A DNA stretch of 50,226 nucleotides from Gammaproteobacteria bacterium (GCA_033720815.1 JAWWBT010000002.1:1-50226), one strand, 5' to 3'. Positions 38,915 through 49,040 are shown, numbered from the stretch's first letter. Notes: generated from the sequence alone by a model not told the origin. Program-made: numbers and translations.

Positions 38915-40402
38915 ATGATTCCAGCACTTCCCGAACCGGCAAAAGTCTCGGTAAATCAATCGACAAGCGCACTCACCGAACAGGATTTCGACCGCGTTGA
39001 TCACCTGCTCGTGATCACGCCGAAACCTGCCAGGAAGGCGAAGTCATTTTCGTTACCCGGCATCTTCGATGCTGCGGTTGGAAAGCGCCTTGATGTCACT
39101 CAAGACAGCCAGACGCTGGCCATCGGCGAAAAACTGGTGACCTTCGCGACGATCGCGAAAGATGCCGACGTTTTCGAGACGCTGGAAGCAGCACGTGGCT
39201 GGGTCAAGTCCGCGCGAAGCTTCAAGGCAGGCAAGCTGGGACTCGCTGTCGACACGCTGGAAACCGAACTGGGTGCGCGGGTTATCGATGCGGTAGTGGC
39301 CGCCGTGCTTGCCGCGGAATTCCCGATGCCGAAGATTTCGCAGAAGGAAAAAGCCTTCAAGCCGACGGTGAAATCCCTGCGCACCACCGGCTGTGAGCGT
39401 CGCGTGGACCTGAAGCAAACGGTAGCCGCCGCCGAAGGCACCAACATCGCGCGCTGGCTGACCGCCCTGCCGCCGAGCGTGCTGACGCCGGGCCAGTACC
39501 ACAAGTACCTGAAGAAGCTGGCTGCGGATTACGGCTGGACCCTGAACTTCCTGGGCCATGCCGAACTCAAGAAGAAAAAGGCCGGCGCGTTCATGGCCGT
39601 CGCCCAGGCCAGCCCGAAGAAAGATGCCGGCATTGCGCACCTCTCGTACACGCCGAAGAAGGCCGCGAAATCGAAGAAACCGGTTGCACTGGTCGGCAAG
39701 GGCATCTGTTATGACACCGGCGGCACCAACCTGAAGAACGCGAGCGGCATGTATGGCATGCATGGCGACATGCAGGGCTCGGCGGTCGCGCTGGGCAACC
39801 TCGTGGCACTCACACTGCTTGGCGTGAACTACCCCGTCGATGCCTGGCTGGCACTGGCCGAGAACCACATCGGCTCGAAGGCCTACAAGCAGAACGATGT
39901 GGTCACCGCATCCGATGGCACGACCATCGAAGTGGTACATACGGATGCCGAAGGTCGCATGGTGCTGGCCGACACCCTTGCCATTGCTTCCACGCACAAG
40001 CGCAAGCCTGGCCTGATCATGGATTACGCCACGCTGACCGGCGCCTGCGTGTATTCGCTCGGCACGAGCTATTCCGGCGTGTTCACGAACCGTTACGAGT
40101 CGATTCCCGCGTTGATGGAATCGGGCCTGAAATCCGGCGAGCGCGTCTGGCCCTTCCCGCAGAGCCGCGATTACGACAAGCAGCTGGAAAGCGATATCGC
40201 CGACATCAAGCAATGCCTGATTCCCGGGGAAGCCGATCACATCCTGGCCGGACGCTTCCTGAACCACTTCGTGAAGAACGACACCCCGTGGGTGCACGTG
40301 GACCTTGCCGCCGGCGAGAACAAGGGTGGTCTTGCGCACGTGCCGTCGAACCAGACCGGCTTTGGCGTGAGATTTACGCTGGCATACCTGGAGACTGCGT
40401 AA
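38915..40402 (+). CDS. M17 leucyl-aminopeptidase family protein
   Basis: [37 protein letters not shown]17 metal-site blocks; start not well supported by an SD. Confidence 0.85.
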   Translation: MIPALPEPAKVSVNQSTSALTEQDFDRVDHLLVITPKPARKAKSFSLPGIFDAAVGKRLDVTQDSQTLAIGEKLVTFATIAKDADVFETLEAARGWVKSARSFKAGKLGLAVDTLETELGARVIDAVVAAVLAAEFPMPKISQKEKAFKPTVKSLRTTGCERRVDLKQTVAAAEGTNIARWLTALPPSVLTPGQYHKYLKKLAADYGWTLNFLGHAELKKKKAGAFMAVAQASPKKDAGIAHLSYTPKKAAKSKKPVALVGKGICYDTGGTNLKNASGMYGMHGDMQGSAVALGNLVALTLLGVNYPVDAWLALAENHIGSKAYKQNDVVTASDGTTIEVVHTDAEGRMVLADTLAIASTHKRKPGLIMDYATLTGACVYSLGTSYSGVFTNRYESIPALMESGLKSGERVWPFPQSRDYDKQLESDIADIKQCLIPGEADHILAGRFLNHFVKNDTPWVHVDLAAGENKGGLAHVPSNQTGFGVRFTLAYLETA

Positions 40403-41436
40403 TGGAACAGATCACCCTCGCACGTCCTGATGACTGGCACCTGCACCTGCGCGATGGCGCGCAGCTCGCCGATGTGGTCGGCTTTTCCGCGCGGCAGTTC
40501 CATCGCGCGATCGTCATGCCGAACCTGAAGCCACCGGTGACCACGACCGACATGGCCCTGGCCTACCGCGAGCGCATCATCAATGCGCTACCGGAAGGCT
40601 CGGACTTCGAACCGCTGATGACGCTGTACCTCACCGACAACACCTCGCCCGACGAAATCCGCAAGGCGCGCGAATCGGGCAAGGTATTTGCGGTGAAGCT
40701 GTACCCGGCGGGGGCGACGACGAATTCCGATGCCGGCGTAACTGATCTTGCGAAGTGCGATGACGCGCTGGCGATGATGGCAGAAATCGGCATGCCGCTT
40801 TGCGTGCATGGCGAAGTGACCGAGGACAGCGTCGATATCTTTGATCGCGAAGCGCGCTTCATTGATGAGGTACTCGCACCGCTTGCGGAGAGGCATCCGA
40901 ACCTGAAGATCGTTTTCGAGCACGTCACCACGGCTGCTGCCGTGGCCTTCGTGACCGGTGCGCGGGAAGGTGTTGCAGCCACGATTACACCGCAGCACCT
41001 GCTGCATAACCGCAACGCGATCTTCAAGGGTGGCATTCGCCCGCACTATTACTGCCTGCCGATCCTCAAGACCGAGCCGGATCGCACGGCCTTGCTGGAA
41101 GCCGCAACCAGCGGAAACCCGCGTTTCTTCCTCGGCACCGACAGCGCACCTCATCCGCGCCACGCCAAGGAAAGCGACTGCGGCTGCGCCGGCTGCTTCT
41201 CTGCGCACGCGGCGATCGAGCTGTACGCAGAAGCCTTCGATGCCGTCGGCAAGCTGGACATGCTGGAAGGCTTTGCCAGTCACTACGGTGCGGATTTCTA
41301 CGAGCTGCCGCGCAACACCGACACGATCACGCTGCGCCGGGAATCCTGGACACCACCCGCGGCCTACCCGCTGGGCGACAGCGAGATCGTTCCATTCCGT
41401 GCCGGTGAACATGTTTCCTGGCGCATGGCGGGCTGA
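40402..41436 (+). CDS. pyrC: dihydroorotase (homodimeric type)
   Basis: [19 protein letters not shown]...[11 protein letters not shown]...[12 protein letters not shown]...FLGTDSAPH; ATG overlaps the M17 TAA; ORF-track 40213 start is an extension. Confidence 0.95.
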   Translation: MEQITLARPDDWHLHLRDGAQLADVVGFSARQFHRAIVMPNLKPPVTTTDMALAYRERIINALPEGSDFEPLMTLYLTDNTSPDEIRKARESGKVFAVKLYPAGATTNSDAGVTDLAKCDDALAMMAEIGMPLCVHGEVTEDSVDIFDREARFIDEVLAPLAERHPNLKIVFEHVTTAAAVAFVTGAREGVAATITPQHLLHNRNAIFKGGIRPHYYCLPILKTEPDRTALLEAATSGNPRFFLGTDSAPHPRHAKESDCGCAGCFSAHAAIELYAEAFDAVGKLDMLEGFASHYGADFYELPRNTDTITLRRESWTPPAAYPLGDSEIVPFRAGEHVSWRMAG

Positions 41437-41476
41437 TTGAAGCTTCCGCCCATTCGCTGAACAACAAAGGACCCCA

Positions 41477-42157
41477 ATGAATAATCCGACGGAAATCGGA
41501 ACCGAGCAGGCCCGCATGATGGCAGGTCGCTTCCGTGGTTTCCTGCCAGTGGTCGTCGATGTCGAAACCGGTGGTTTCAATTCGAAAACCGACGCGCTGC
41601 TGGAAGTCGCAGCCGTCATCCTCCGCTTCAACGAGGACGGTGACCTCGTGCGACATTCCTCGCACATGTACCACGTCGAACCCTTCGAAGGTGCGAACAT
41701 CGAACAGGCGGCGCTGGATATTACTGGCATCAAGCCGGATCATCCGCTGCGCCCCGCCCTTCCCGAACGCGAAGCGCTGCGTCGCATGTTCCGGGAAGTG
41801 CGTACCGAGGTGAAGGCACAGGGCTGCAACCGCGCGGTGCTGGTCGGCCACAACAGCTGGTTCGATCTCAGCTTTCTGAACGCCGCTGTTGATCGCACGG
41901 GCATCAAGCGCAACCCGTTCCACCCCTTCACCAGCTTCGATACCGCAACGCTCGGCGGTGTGGCACTCGGGCAGACGGTACTGGCGCGCGCGGTGGAAGC
42001 CGCCGACCTTGGCTGGGACGGAAAGGAAGCACACTCGGCGCTGTATGATGCCGAGAAGACGGCCGACCTGCTCTGCACTATCGTCAATCGTTTCAGACCG
42101 ATCTACGAACAATCCCTGCGTGAACGTGAACAGGGCGACAGTGATGCCGACGAATAA
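41477..42157 (+). CDS. rnt: ribonuclease T
   Basis: FRGFLPVVVDVETGGFN (DEDD exo I), VGHNSWFDLSFL, HSALYDAEKTADL. Confidence 0.92.
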   Translation: MNNPTEIGTEQARMMAGRFRGFLPVVVDVETGGFNSKTDALLEVAAVILRFNEDGDLVRHSSHMYHVEPFEGANIEQAALDITGIKPDHPLRPALPEREALRRMFREVRTEVKAQGCNRAVLVGHNSWFDLSFLNAAVDRTGIKRNPFHPFTSFDTATLGGVALGQTVLARAVEAADLGWDGKEAHSALYDAEKTADLLCTIVNRFRPIYEQSLREREQGDSDADE

Positions 42158-43268
42158 GACGCCATTGCCGGAAGCATTGCGCAAGCTGGTCGACGAGGCC
42201 ACGCAGCGCAAGCACGAATACCTTGGATACCCCGTATCCAAGGATTTCGATTATTCGGCGCTGGCCGAACTGCTGAGCATTCCGTTGAACAACCTCGGTG
42301 ACCCGTTCACGGAATCCACCTGGAAAGTCGACAGCCGTGCGCTGGAACGCGAAGTGGTGGAATTCTTCGCGGGCCTGATGCGCGCCGAAGAGAACAACTG
42401 GTGGGGTTACGTCACCAACGGTGGCAGCGAAGGCAACCTGTACGGGCTGTACCTCGCTCGCGAGCTGTACCCGAACGGAATCGTCTATTACTCCGAAGAG
42501 ACGCATTACAGCGTCTCGAAGAACGTTCACCTGCTCGGCTTGCGACACATCATGATTCGCTCGCTGCCGAGCGGCGAAATAGATTACGACGACCTGCGCG
42601 AAACCATCCGGGTCCATCGCGATGTACCGCCCATCATCTTTGCCAACATCGGTACCACGATGACGGAAGGCAAGGACGATATTGCGAAGATCAGCGAGAT
42701 GATGCGCGACATGGCGATTCCGCAGCATTACATCCACAGTGATGCCGCCTTGTGCGGACCGATCTGCGCATTCACCGAACCGCATCATCCCTTCGACTTT
42801 GCGGATGGCGCGGATTCAATCTCGATATCCGGTCACAAGTTCATCGGCTCGCCGATTCCCTGCGGCATCGTGCTCGCACGCAAGGAACACGTGGATCGCA
42901 TCGCGCGTTCCATTGCCTATATCGGTTGCCTGGACACCACGATTACCGGCTCGCGCAACGGCCTCACGCCGGCCATCCTGTGGGCCGCGATCGATCGCAT
43001 GGGTAAGGATGGGTTGCACCAGCGTGTCGAGGAAAGCCTCGCACTGGCTGATTACGCGGAAGAGCGCCTGAAGGAAAACGGCATCGAGGCCTGGCGCAAC
43101 CCGAATGCCATCACGGTGGTATTCCCTGCCGTACCGGAAGACGTGAAGAACCGCTGGCAGCTTGCCACCGCGAAGGGCTGGTCACACATCATCACCGTGC
43201 CTGGCGTGACCCGTGAACTCATCGACCGCTTCATTGCGGACCTGGTTGCTGCCCGGGAGGCATCATGA
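42144..43268 (+). CDS. hdc: PLP-dependent histidine decarboxylase-like (group II decarboxylase)
   Basis: WGYVTNGGSEGNLYG, IIFANIGTTMTEG, SISGHKFIGSPIPCGIVLA (PLP-Lys), TITGSRNG, co-linear with Gram-negative HDC as I remember it; ATG lies 14 nt inside the rnt end. Confidence 0.85.
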   Translation: MPTNKTPLPEALRKLVDEATQRKHEYLGYPVSKDFDYSALAELLSIPLNNLGDPFTESTWKVDSRALEREVVEFFAGLMRAEENNWWGYVTNGGSEGNLYGLYLARELYPNGIVYYSEETHYSVSKNVHLLGLRHIMIRSLPSGEIDYDDLRETIRVHRDVPPIIFANIGTTMTEGKDDIAKISEMMRDMAIPQHYIHSDAALCGPICAFTEPHHPFDFADGADSISISGHKFIGSPIPCGIVLARKEHVDRIARSIAYIGCLDTTITGSRNGLTPAILWAAIDRMGKDGLHQRVEESLALADYAEERLKENGIEAWRNPNAITVVFPAVPEDVKNRWQLATAKGWSHIITVPGVTRELIDRFIADLVAAREAS

Positions 43269-43660
43269 AACGCATTACCGTCATCGCCACCGACCGCAAG
43301 GGCCTGATGGCTGACCTTTCCGAGAAGCTTGAAGCCAACGGCATCAACATCAATGCGATCGATGCCATCGAGGAAGACGGCACCGCCTTCATCGCATTGA
43401 ATGTCGACAAGTATGACGAGGCACTCGCACTGCTGCGCGAAACGGAATTCCAGGCAATACCGGACGAAGTGCTGGTGGTGCGCATCGATGACAAGCCGGG
43501 CGGTCTTGCGAATGTTTCCCGCCGACTCGCAGAAGCGGATATCGGCATTCGCGGCATGACCATGCTGCAGAGACATTCCGGCTGGTGTGCAGTGGCCGTC
43601 AGCACCGATGACAACGACCGTGCGCTCGAAGTGCTGAACGACCTGCTGCTGGATCTCTGA
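43265..43660 (+). CDS. ACT-domain protein (two ACT-like halves)
   Basis: ITVIATDRKGLMADLSEKLEANGININAI and VVRIDDKPGGLANVSRRLAEADIGIRGM; GGAGG SD; ATGA overlap with the hdc stop. Confidence 0.7.
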   Translation: MKRITVIATDRKGLMADLSEKLEANGININAIDAIEEDGTAFIALNVDKYDEALALLRETEFQAIPDEVLVVRIDDKPGGLANVSRRLAEADIGIRGMTMLQRHSGWCAVAVSTDDNDRALEVLNDLLLDL

Positions 43661-43678
43661 TCCCGCGCGACCCGGCCG

Positions 43679-45739
43679 TTACTCCCCGGATTCCGAATGG
43701 CCTTCCGGATTTTCGGGCGGAAGATGTTTCAGCAGGAATTCACCGATACGTTGATTCATTCGCTCACGATTCGAGTTCTTGCTGAATCCGTGCCCCTCAT
43801 CTCTCCGGATCAGTACTTCGTGAGGCTTGTCCAGTTCCTCGAGCCGCTCGATCAGGAGGTTGGCCTGGTCAACGGGTACGCGGCGATCACGTTCACCGTG
43901 AATGACAAGTATCGGTGCCACCAGCTTCTCGATCTCATGGATCGGTGACATCTCGACCAGTCGCTCCCGTTCGAGCACATCATCCGGATCACCGTAAATC
44001 AGCTTGAGGACATCGTAACCCGGATGATCCTGGTCGAATTCCATCTGCTCCACGAGATCGTACAGTCCCGCGATTGCCACGACGCACCGAAAGGCCTCCG
44101 GCTCGAGCGTCGCCGATCGCACGGCGGAATAGGCGCCGAAGCTCCCCCCCAGGATGCAGACGCGCCCGTCGAGACCATAGCCCTGGGATCTCGCCCATGA
44201 AATGGAATCGATGATGTCATGTTGCACGACGCCGCCAACCCTCCCGAGGCCGGCGGCGGTATGTCCTGCACCGTAACCACTCGACACCCGGTAATTCGGC
44301 TGGATCACCGCATAGCCAAGACGCGCAAGAAACTGTACTTGCGGATCGAAATACCGGGTATCTCGCGCATGCGGGCCACCATGGGGCAGGACAACAAGCG
44401 GCGCGGGCCTGGCGCCGGACGCGGGTCGCGTGAGATAGGCTTCTATTTCGTAGCCATCGCGCGCTTCGTAACGGATCACCTCTTTCCTGGCAAGTGGAGC
44501 GCCTTGCAACCACTCGGCACTGGAGAGCAGGGGCTGGACCGTACCGGCAGCAGTATCAAAGACAAAATATTCACCCGGATCCTTGCTGCTGAACGCCTTT
44601 ACGACCACCACGCGCTTGTCTTCCGACAAACTAATTGGCAGGACTCGATGATCGGGAAAGGCCTGCTCGACGCGACGCATCTGCTGGGCAAAATCGGTCT
44701 CGATGTATCGCGTAACAATGTGTTCCCGGTAGTAGCTGAAACCAAGTATCTCGCCACTGAATTCGGCAAGTACCGGCGTGGCATCGATTTCGTACTGATC
44801 ATCCTTGGCAAGCGTATCGATGAATTCACGGTTCTCCAGATCAAAGCTCCGCAGGGAATGCTTGTCGCCCTTTGAAACCGAAAGGTAGGCTACTGGTCGG
44901 TCTGCCGCCAGCATCACCGGCCTGACCTGCTCGTGCCCGATGTAACTGCCCGAGAAGAGTTCTGACGAATCACCTGCATCGCCCCCCTTCTCGCCATCAT
45001 CGGCCTCCGTTTCAATCTCGTCGAGAAGGCGCTGGAGCCATCCTGCTTCCATGCTCGCGGCGACGTCGTCTGGCGTGAAACCGAAGTTCTCGCGGAAATG
45101 CAGCGAATAATCGAAGCCATTCCATTCTTCGACGAGCCAGGCATTGCCACTTGCCTGGGACAAGGCGCGATCATTTGGATGCGGCAGGAACGCCTTGATA
45201 TACACGGAGTCGCTTTCCAGCTGCCAACTGAGAATGGCCGTGACACCAGTATAGAAAGTGATCTTGTAATCGATCTCGCCGTCATCGAACGTATACGGTG
45301 GCAGAATTTCGGCCGCGGTGATGAGTCCCGGCGCTAGCTGGGCGCTGTCAATCACCGTCGCCTCGTTGGTATTGAGGTCATAACGGATCAGATTCCAACC
45401 TGCAAATCCGTCTTCCATCAGCAAGGCAAGATTCGCGGAATCAATCCATTCGAGGTCCCTGACATCTGCCTCCGGCAGCGGGAACACTTTTGCCTCTACG
45501 CCATCACCAAGCGAAAACATCACCAGTCGGTCTCGGCCTGCAATTGGTACGATTCCGGCGATGCGTTTACCGTCGGCGGAAACCTTCAGCCTGTCCGTGG
45601 CGGGGATGCGGGAGAACTGCTCGACTGCAAGATCGAGTTTCTCGGCCGCGTCCGGAGTCACGGAACTTGCAGAGGCAGGCCCCGCTCCGGTAAAAACGCT
45701 AGCGACCACGAAAATGATCAAGCGCTGGATTGTTGTCAT
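43679..45739 (-). CDS. secreted S9-family (prolyl oligopeptidase/DPP-like) serine peptidase
   Basis: Signal peptide MTTIQRLIIFVVASVFTGAGPASA; beta-propeller-like N-half; C-half VVLPHGGPH, ILGGSFGAYSA (GxSxG), HGERDRRVP, DEGHGF triad. Confidence 0.8.
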   Translation of the reverse strand: MTTIQRLIIFVVASVFTGAGPASASSVTPDAAEKLDLAVEQFSRIPATDRLKVSADGKRIAGIVPIAGRDRLVMFSLGDGVEAKVFPLPEADVRDLEWIDSANLALLMEDGFAGWNLIRYDLNTNEATVIDSAQLAPGLITAAEILPPYTFDDGEIDYKITFYTGVTAILSWQLESDSVYIKAFLPHPNDRALSQASGNAWLVEEWNGFDYSLHFRENFGFTPDDVAASMEAGWLQRLLDEIETEADDGEKGGDAGDSSELFSGSYIGHEQVRPVMLAADRPVAYLSVSKGDKHSLRSFDLENREFIDTLAKDDQYEIDATPVLAEFSGEILGFSYYREHIVTRYIETDFAQQMRRVEQAFPDHRVLPISLSEDKRVVVVKAFSSKDPGEYFVFDTAAGTVQPLLSSAEWLQGAPLARKEVIRYEARDGYEIEAYLTRPASGARPAPLVVLPHGGPHARDTRYFDPQVQFLARLGYAVIQPNYRVSSGYGAGHTAAGLGRVGGVVQHDIIDSISWARSQGYGLDGRVCILGGSFGAYSAVRSATLEPEAFRCVVAIAGLYDLVEQMEFDQDHPGYDVLKLIYGDPDDVLERERLVEMSPIHEIEKLVAPILVIHGERDRRVPVDQANLLIERLEELDKPHEVLIRRDEGHGFSKNSNRERMNQRIGEFLLKHLPPENPEGHSESGE

Positions 45740-45772
45740 GGAATATCCGAGCCGGCGAGAGGGAAATCCGAA

Positions 45773-46261
45773 ATGAGAAACCATATTCACGTCATCCTGA
45801 GTATCTGCATCCTGACTGCCACTGTAATGCTGACAGGCTGCACATCACCCGTAAAGTCAATGAAGGCAAGCGATACGCTGGAGGCCGGCGAGGGCGTACT
45901 CGTGCTGCGAATCCATACCACTTTTCGCGATACCCGGCTGATCATCGAATCTCTCGAAGGAGAAGGTCCGGCACGCACGGAGGTGCCGTCTTTCGATGGC
46001 ATCCAGACTCTCTTCATGCGCTTGCCGGAAGGCAAGTACCAGGTTGAAAGCATATTTGCGGGCACGGCCTGGTTCTACCTGCGCAGCAACCCGGTCTTTC
46101 ACGTTCGGGAAGGAATCCTGGGCTACGGTGGCGACCTTTACTTCACTCGCAAGGGCAGCACGTGGAGGGATGAACAGTCGGAAATCGAATCCTATATCCG
46201 CGCGAAGGCACCCAGTGTCCTGGAACGTTACGAAATCGATTATATTGCGGAATTCGACTAG
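45773..46261 (+). CDS. hypothetical lipoprotein
   Basis: Lipobox VMLTGC; no family recognised; start codon only 33 bp from the divergent S9 start codon. Confidence 0.55.
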   Translation: MRNHIHVILSICILTATVMLTGCTSPVKSMKASDTLEAGEGVLVLRIHTTFRDTRLIIESLEGEGPARTEVPSFDGIQTLFMRLPEGKYQVESIFAGTAWFYLRSNPVFHVREGILGYGGDLYFTRKGSTWRDEQSEIESYIRAKAPSVLERYEIDYIAEFD

Positions 46262-46295
46262 TCCGCTTCAGCAAAGGACCCGGCTGAAAACGGAA

Positions 46296-46318
46296 AGCCC
46301 GGCATTGCCGGGCTTTTT
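46296..46318 (+). terminator. rho-independent terminator, between convergent lipoprotein and grxD genes
   Basis: AGCCCGGC-att-GCCGGGCT-tttt. Confidence 0.85.
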
Positions 46319-46339
46319 CAATGCTGCTGCAACAGATGA

Positions 46340-46654
46340 TCAGGCAACCGCGCCCTTCACCATGTCCTGCAGTTCACCCTTTTCGTACATCTCGATGATG
46401 ATGTCGCTGCCGCCGATGAACTCGCCCTTGAGGTAGAGCTGCGGAATCGTCGGCCAGTTCGAAAAGACCTTGATGCCCTCTCGAACTTCCTGGTCTTCCA
46501 GCACGTTAACGTAGGCAAATTCCACACCGCATCCTTTCAATGCGGCGACGGCACGTGCGGAAAATCCGCACTGCGGAAAATCCGGCGAGCCCTTCATGTA
46601 GAGCAGTACGGGGAATTCGGCGACCTGTTGCTTGATACGTTCCTGAACGTCCAT
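46340..46654 (-). CDS. grxD: monothiol glutaredoxin (Grx4 family)
   Basis: VLLYMKGSPDFPQCGFSARAV (CGFS), WPTIPQLYLKGEFIGGSDI; start trimmed to MDVQERIK. Confidence 0.92.
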   Translation of the reverse strand: MDVQERIKQQVAEFPVLLYMKGSPDFPQCGFSARAVAALKGCGVEFAYVNVLEDQEVREGIKVFSNWPTIPQLYLKGEFIGGSDIIIEMYEKGELQDMVKGAVA

Positions 46655-46700
46655 TGCACACCTTTGTAGTACTGAACCGGTGGTGCCGGCTCGTGATGAA

Positions 46701-47030
46701 TTAAAACCTTCGGTCAATTTCGACCTGGATGTCGACACGACGAACGTCCTCGAGATCCTCGATCATCCGTTCCAGCTCGTTGACATGATGACGGTTCTCG
46801 ACCGTGCCGGTAATCGTAACCACGCCCCAGCGAACGTTCACGTCCAGGCGGTCCCCCGCGAAGGTCGCATCCTGGTAGATGAGCTTCCGCACACGGGTGC
46901 GCAGTTCATAATCGCTCTTCGCTGTGGCTTCGGCCTGCGCGTCTTCTTCGGCACTGGAGGCGCAGGCGCCAAGCATCGCGGTGCCTGTCGCCAACATGGC
47001 GACAAGAAGAATGTTCTTGAGATGCGTCAT
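46701..47030 (-). CDS. BON-domain lipoprotein
   Basis: Lipobox AMLGAC; ...LDVNVRWGVVTITGTVENRHHVNELERMIEDLEDVRRVDIQVE BON pattern; start trimmed to MTHLKN. Confidence 0.7.
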   Translation of the reverse strand: MTHLKNILLVAMLATGTAMLGACASSAEEDAQAEATAKSDYELRTRVRKLIYQDATFAGDRLDVNVRWGVVTITGTVENRHHVNELERMIEDLEDVRRVDIQVEIDRRF

Positions 47031-47052
47031 CGCGATACCTCCTTGCGAACCG

Positions 47053-47238
47053 TCACCGTTCGAGCAGGACATCGTCCTTCTCGCGCTGCACCAGCGTCTC
47101 CAGCAAGTCTCGCCTGGCGCTCTCCGCCATGCGTGGCCAGGCAGCAATCTCGTGCCCGGTACGCAGGCAGCCGATGCAGTAACCCTGGTCATCGAGGGTA
47201 CATACGCCGGTGCAGGGACTTTCCACGGTATCACTCAT
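47053..47238 (-). CDS. DUF1289-like small Cys-rich protein
   Basis: 61 aa, SPCTGVCTLDDQGYCIGCLRT four-Cys motif. Confidence 0.75.
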   Translation of the reverse strand: MSDTVESPCTGVCTLDDQGYCIGCLRTGHEIAAWPRMAESARRDLLETLVQREKDDVLLER

Positions 47239-47300
47239 TTTCCATGTATTCCCGAAATGGGGCCGACAGTCCGGATTTCAAGCAATCCCGGCAAGCAAAC

Positions 47301-47328
47301 GGGCGGGCCGGCAAGGCCGGTCCCGCCC
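47301..47328 (-). terminator. GC-rich hairpin terminator after sodB
   Basis: GGGCGGGCCGG-caa-CCGG(t)CCCGCCC, 11-12 bp stem with one bulge; minus strand continues GTTTGCTTG. Confidence 0.65.
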
Positions 47329-47348
47329 GCAATTCCTGCCGCGAGAGA

Positions 47349-47936
47349 TCAGCTGGCGAAGTTCTTCGCCGCGAACTCCCAGTTCACCAGCTCGAAGAAC
47401 GCTTCCAGGTACTTCGGGCGGGCATTGCGGTAGTCGATGTAGTAGGCATGCTCCCAGACATCGCAGGTGAGCAGCGGCGTACCCATGCCGTCATGCGCGA
47501 TCGGCGTGTCGGCGTCGTCGGTCTGCACGATGGCAAGCTTGCCGTCGTCCTTCTTCACCAGCCAGCCCCAGCCGGAGCCGAAGTTGCCGGCGCAACCCGC
47601 GATGAATTCTTCCTTGAACTTGTCGAAGGAACCAAAGGAATCATCGATGGCCTTGGCCAGCTCGCCTTCAGGCTTGCCGCCACCGTTCGGGCTCAGCGAG
47701 TTCCAGTAGAAGGTGTGGTTCCAGACCTGGGCCGCCTGGTTGAACAGGCCACCCTTTGCCTTCTTGATGATGTCTTCGAGAGACATGTCCTCGAACTCGG
47801 TGCCCGGGATCATGTCGTTCAGCTTGGTCACGTACGCGTTGTGATGCTTGCCGTGATGGAATTCCAGCGTCTCGGCGGAAATATGCGGTGCAAGGGCGTC
47901 CTTCGCGTACGGCAATTCTGGCAATTCATGCTTCAT
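47349..47936 (-). CDS. sodB: superoxide dismutase [Fe]
   Basis: [43 protein letters not shown] (Fe-type), DVWEHAYY. Confidence 0.95.
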   Translation of the reverse strand: MKHELPELPYAKDALAPHISAETLEFHHGKHHNAYVTKLNDMIPGTEFEDMSLEDIIKKAKGGLFNQAAQVWNHTFYWNSLSPNGGGKPEGELAKAIDDSFGSFDKFKEEFIAGCAGNFGSGWGWLVKKDDGKLAIVQTDDADTPIAHDGMGTPLLTCDVWEHAYYIDYRNARPKYLEAFFELVNWEFAAKNFAS

Positions 47937-48138
47937 GCGTGGGTCTCCTCGTCGTTACGGACGTATTGAGTGATGACCCGCACCGGGAGAGTTCCCGGGG
48001 GGAAGGTGATTCGGTATCATTCGCAGCCCGGTCTCGAGACCGGCCGGAATATCTGGACAAATTCTAAACTTCGGGTCCGCGGCGCACAACCGCGCAAGCC
48101 GCCCGAATTGCCCCGCAACCTCGTTTCACGGGTGTTTC

Positions 48139-48993
48139 ATGAACGAATCCCAGCCACAGCTGCCGAAAAACATCGCAGGCCAGGTGCGCGAGGCACTGGC
48201 CGAGGATATCGGCAATGGCGACCTGACCGCTGCGCTGGTTCCGGCCGAGGCAACCGCAGTGGCGACCATTGTCGTTCGCGAGGATGCCGTCGTTTGCGGC
48301 CAGGCCTGGGTCAACGAGGTATTTCGCCAGGTCGATGCGGCGGTGACGCTGGAGTGGCAGGTCCAGGAAGGCCGGAAGGTTGCTGCTGAAACCCTGCTCT
48401 GCCGCCTGCGCGGCCCTGCCCGCGCATTGCTGACGGGGGAGCGCACCGCGCTCAATTTCCTGCAGACGCTCTCGGCCACTGCAACCGTCGCAAACGAATA
48501 CGCAGCCCTGGTCGATGGTACGGACTGCCGTATCCTCGATACGCGCAAGACCATCCCGGGCCTGCGACTGGCACAGAAATACGCCGTCGCTGTCGGCGGC
48601 TGCCAGAATCACCGCATCGGCCTGTTCGACGCGATCCTCATCAAGGAAAACCATATCGCCGCGGCCGGCAGTATCGCCGCCGCGGTGCAGAAAGGCCGGG
48701 AAACCGCAGCCGCAGTGACGCTTGAAGTTGAAGTGGAATCGCTGGCCGAGCTGGACGAAGCACTGGCTGCAGGCGCCGACATCATCATGCTGGACAACTT
48801 TACCCTCGACATGACGCGCGAAGCGGTGTCGAAGGCCCGGGGCCGCGCGAAACTGGAGGCCTCCGGCAACCTCGAGTCGGCGGGTATCCGCGCCGTGGCA
48901 GAAACCGGCGTGGATTTCATTTCGGTGGGCGCGCTGACCAAGCACGTACGCGCCATCGACCTGTCGATGCGTTTCGATTTTGAAGGCACCTGA
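48139..48993 (+). CDS. nadC: nicotinate-nucleotide diphosphorylase (quinolinate phosphoribosyltransferase)
   Basis: GERTALNFLQTLS, DTRKTIPGLR, KYAV..GG..NHR.GL.DAILIKENH, IMLDNF. Confidence 0.95.
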   Translation: MNESQPQLPKNIAGQVREALAEDIGNGDLTAALVPAEATAVATIVVREDAVVCGQAWVNEVFRQVDAAVTLEWQVQEGRKVAAETLLCRLRGPARALLTGERTALNFLQTLSATATVANEYAALVDGTDCRILDTRKTIPGLRLAQKYAVAVGGCQNHRIGLFDAILIKENHIAAAGSIAAAVQKGRETAAAVTLEVEVESLAELDEALAAGADIIMLDNFTLDMTREAVSKARGRAKLEASGNLESAGIRAVAETGVDFISVGALTKHVRAIDLSMRFDFEGT

Positions 48994-49005
48994 AATCTGA
49001 CGATC

Positions 49006-49020
49006 ATCACACTTTGTGAT
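49006..49020. promoter_or_regulatory. perfect palindrome ATCACA-ctt-TGTGAT in the nadC-fadE intergenic region (unknown binder)
   Basis: Read directly; lies 5 nt upstream of the second palindrome. Confidence 0.25.
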
Positions 49021-49024
49021 AATC

Positions 49025-49040
49025 TCAAACGCTCGTTTGA
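49025..49040. promoter_or_regulatory. candidate PsrA-type (TetR family) fatty-acid regulator operator upstream of fadE
   Basis: TCAAAC-gctc-GTTTGA fits the published PsrA box form C/GAAAC-N2-4-GTTTG/C; 137 nt upstream of the fadE ATG. Confidence 0.4.
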
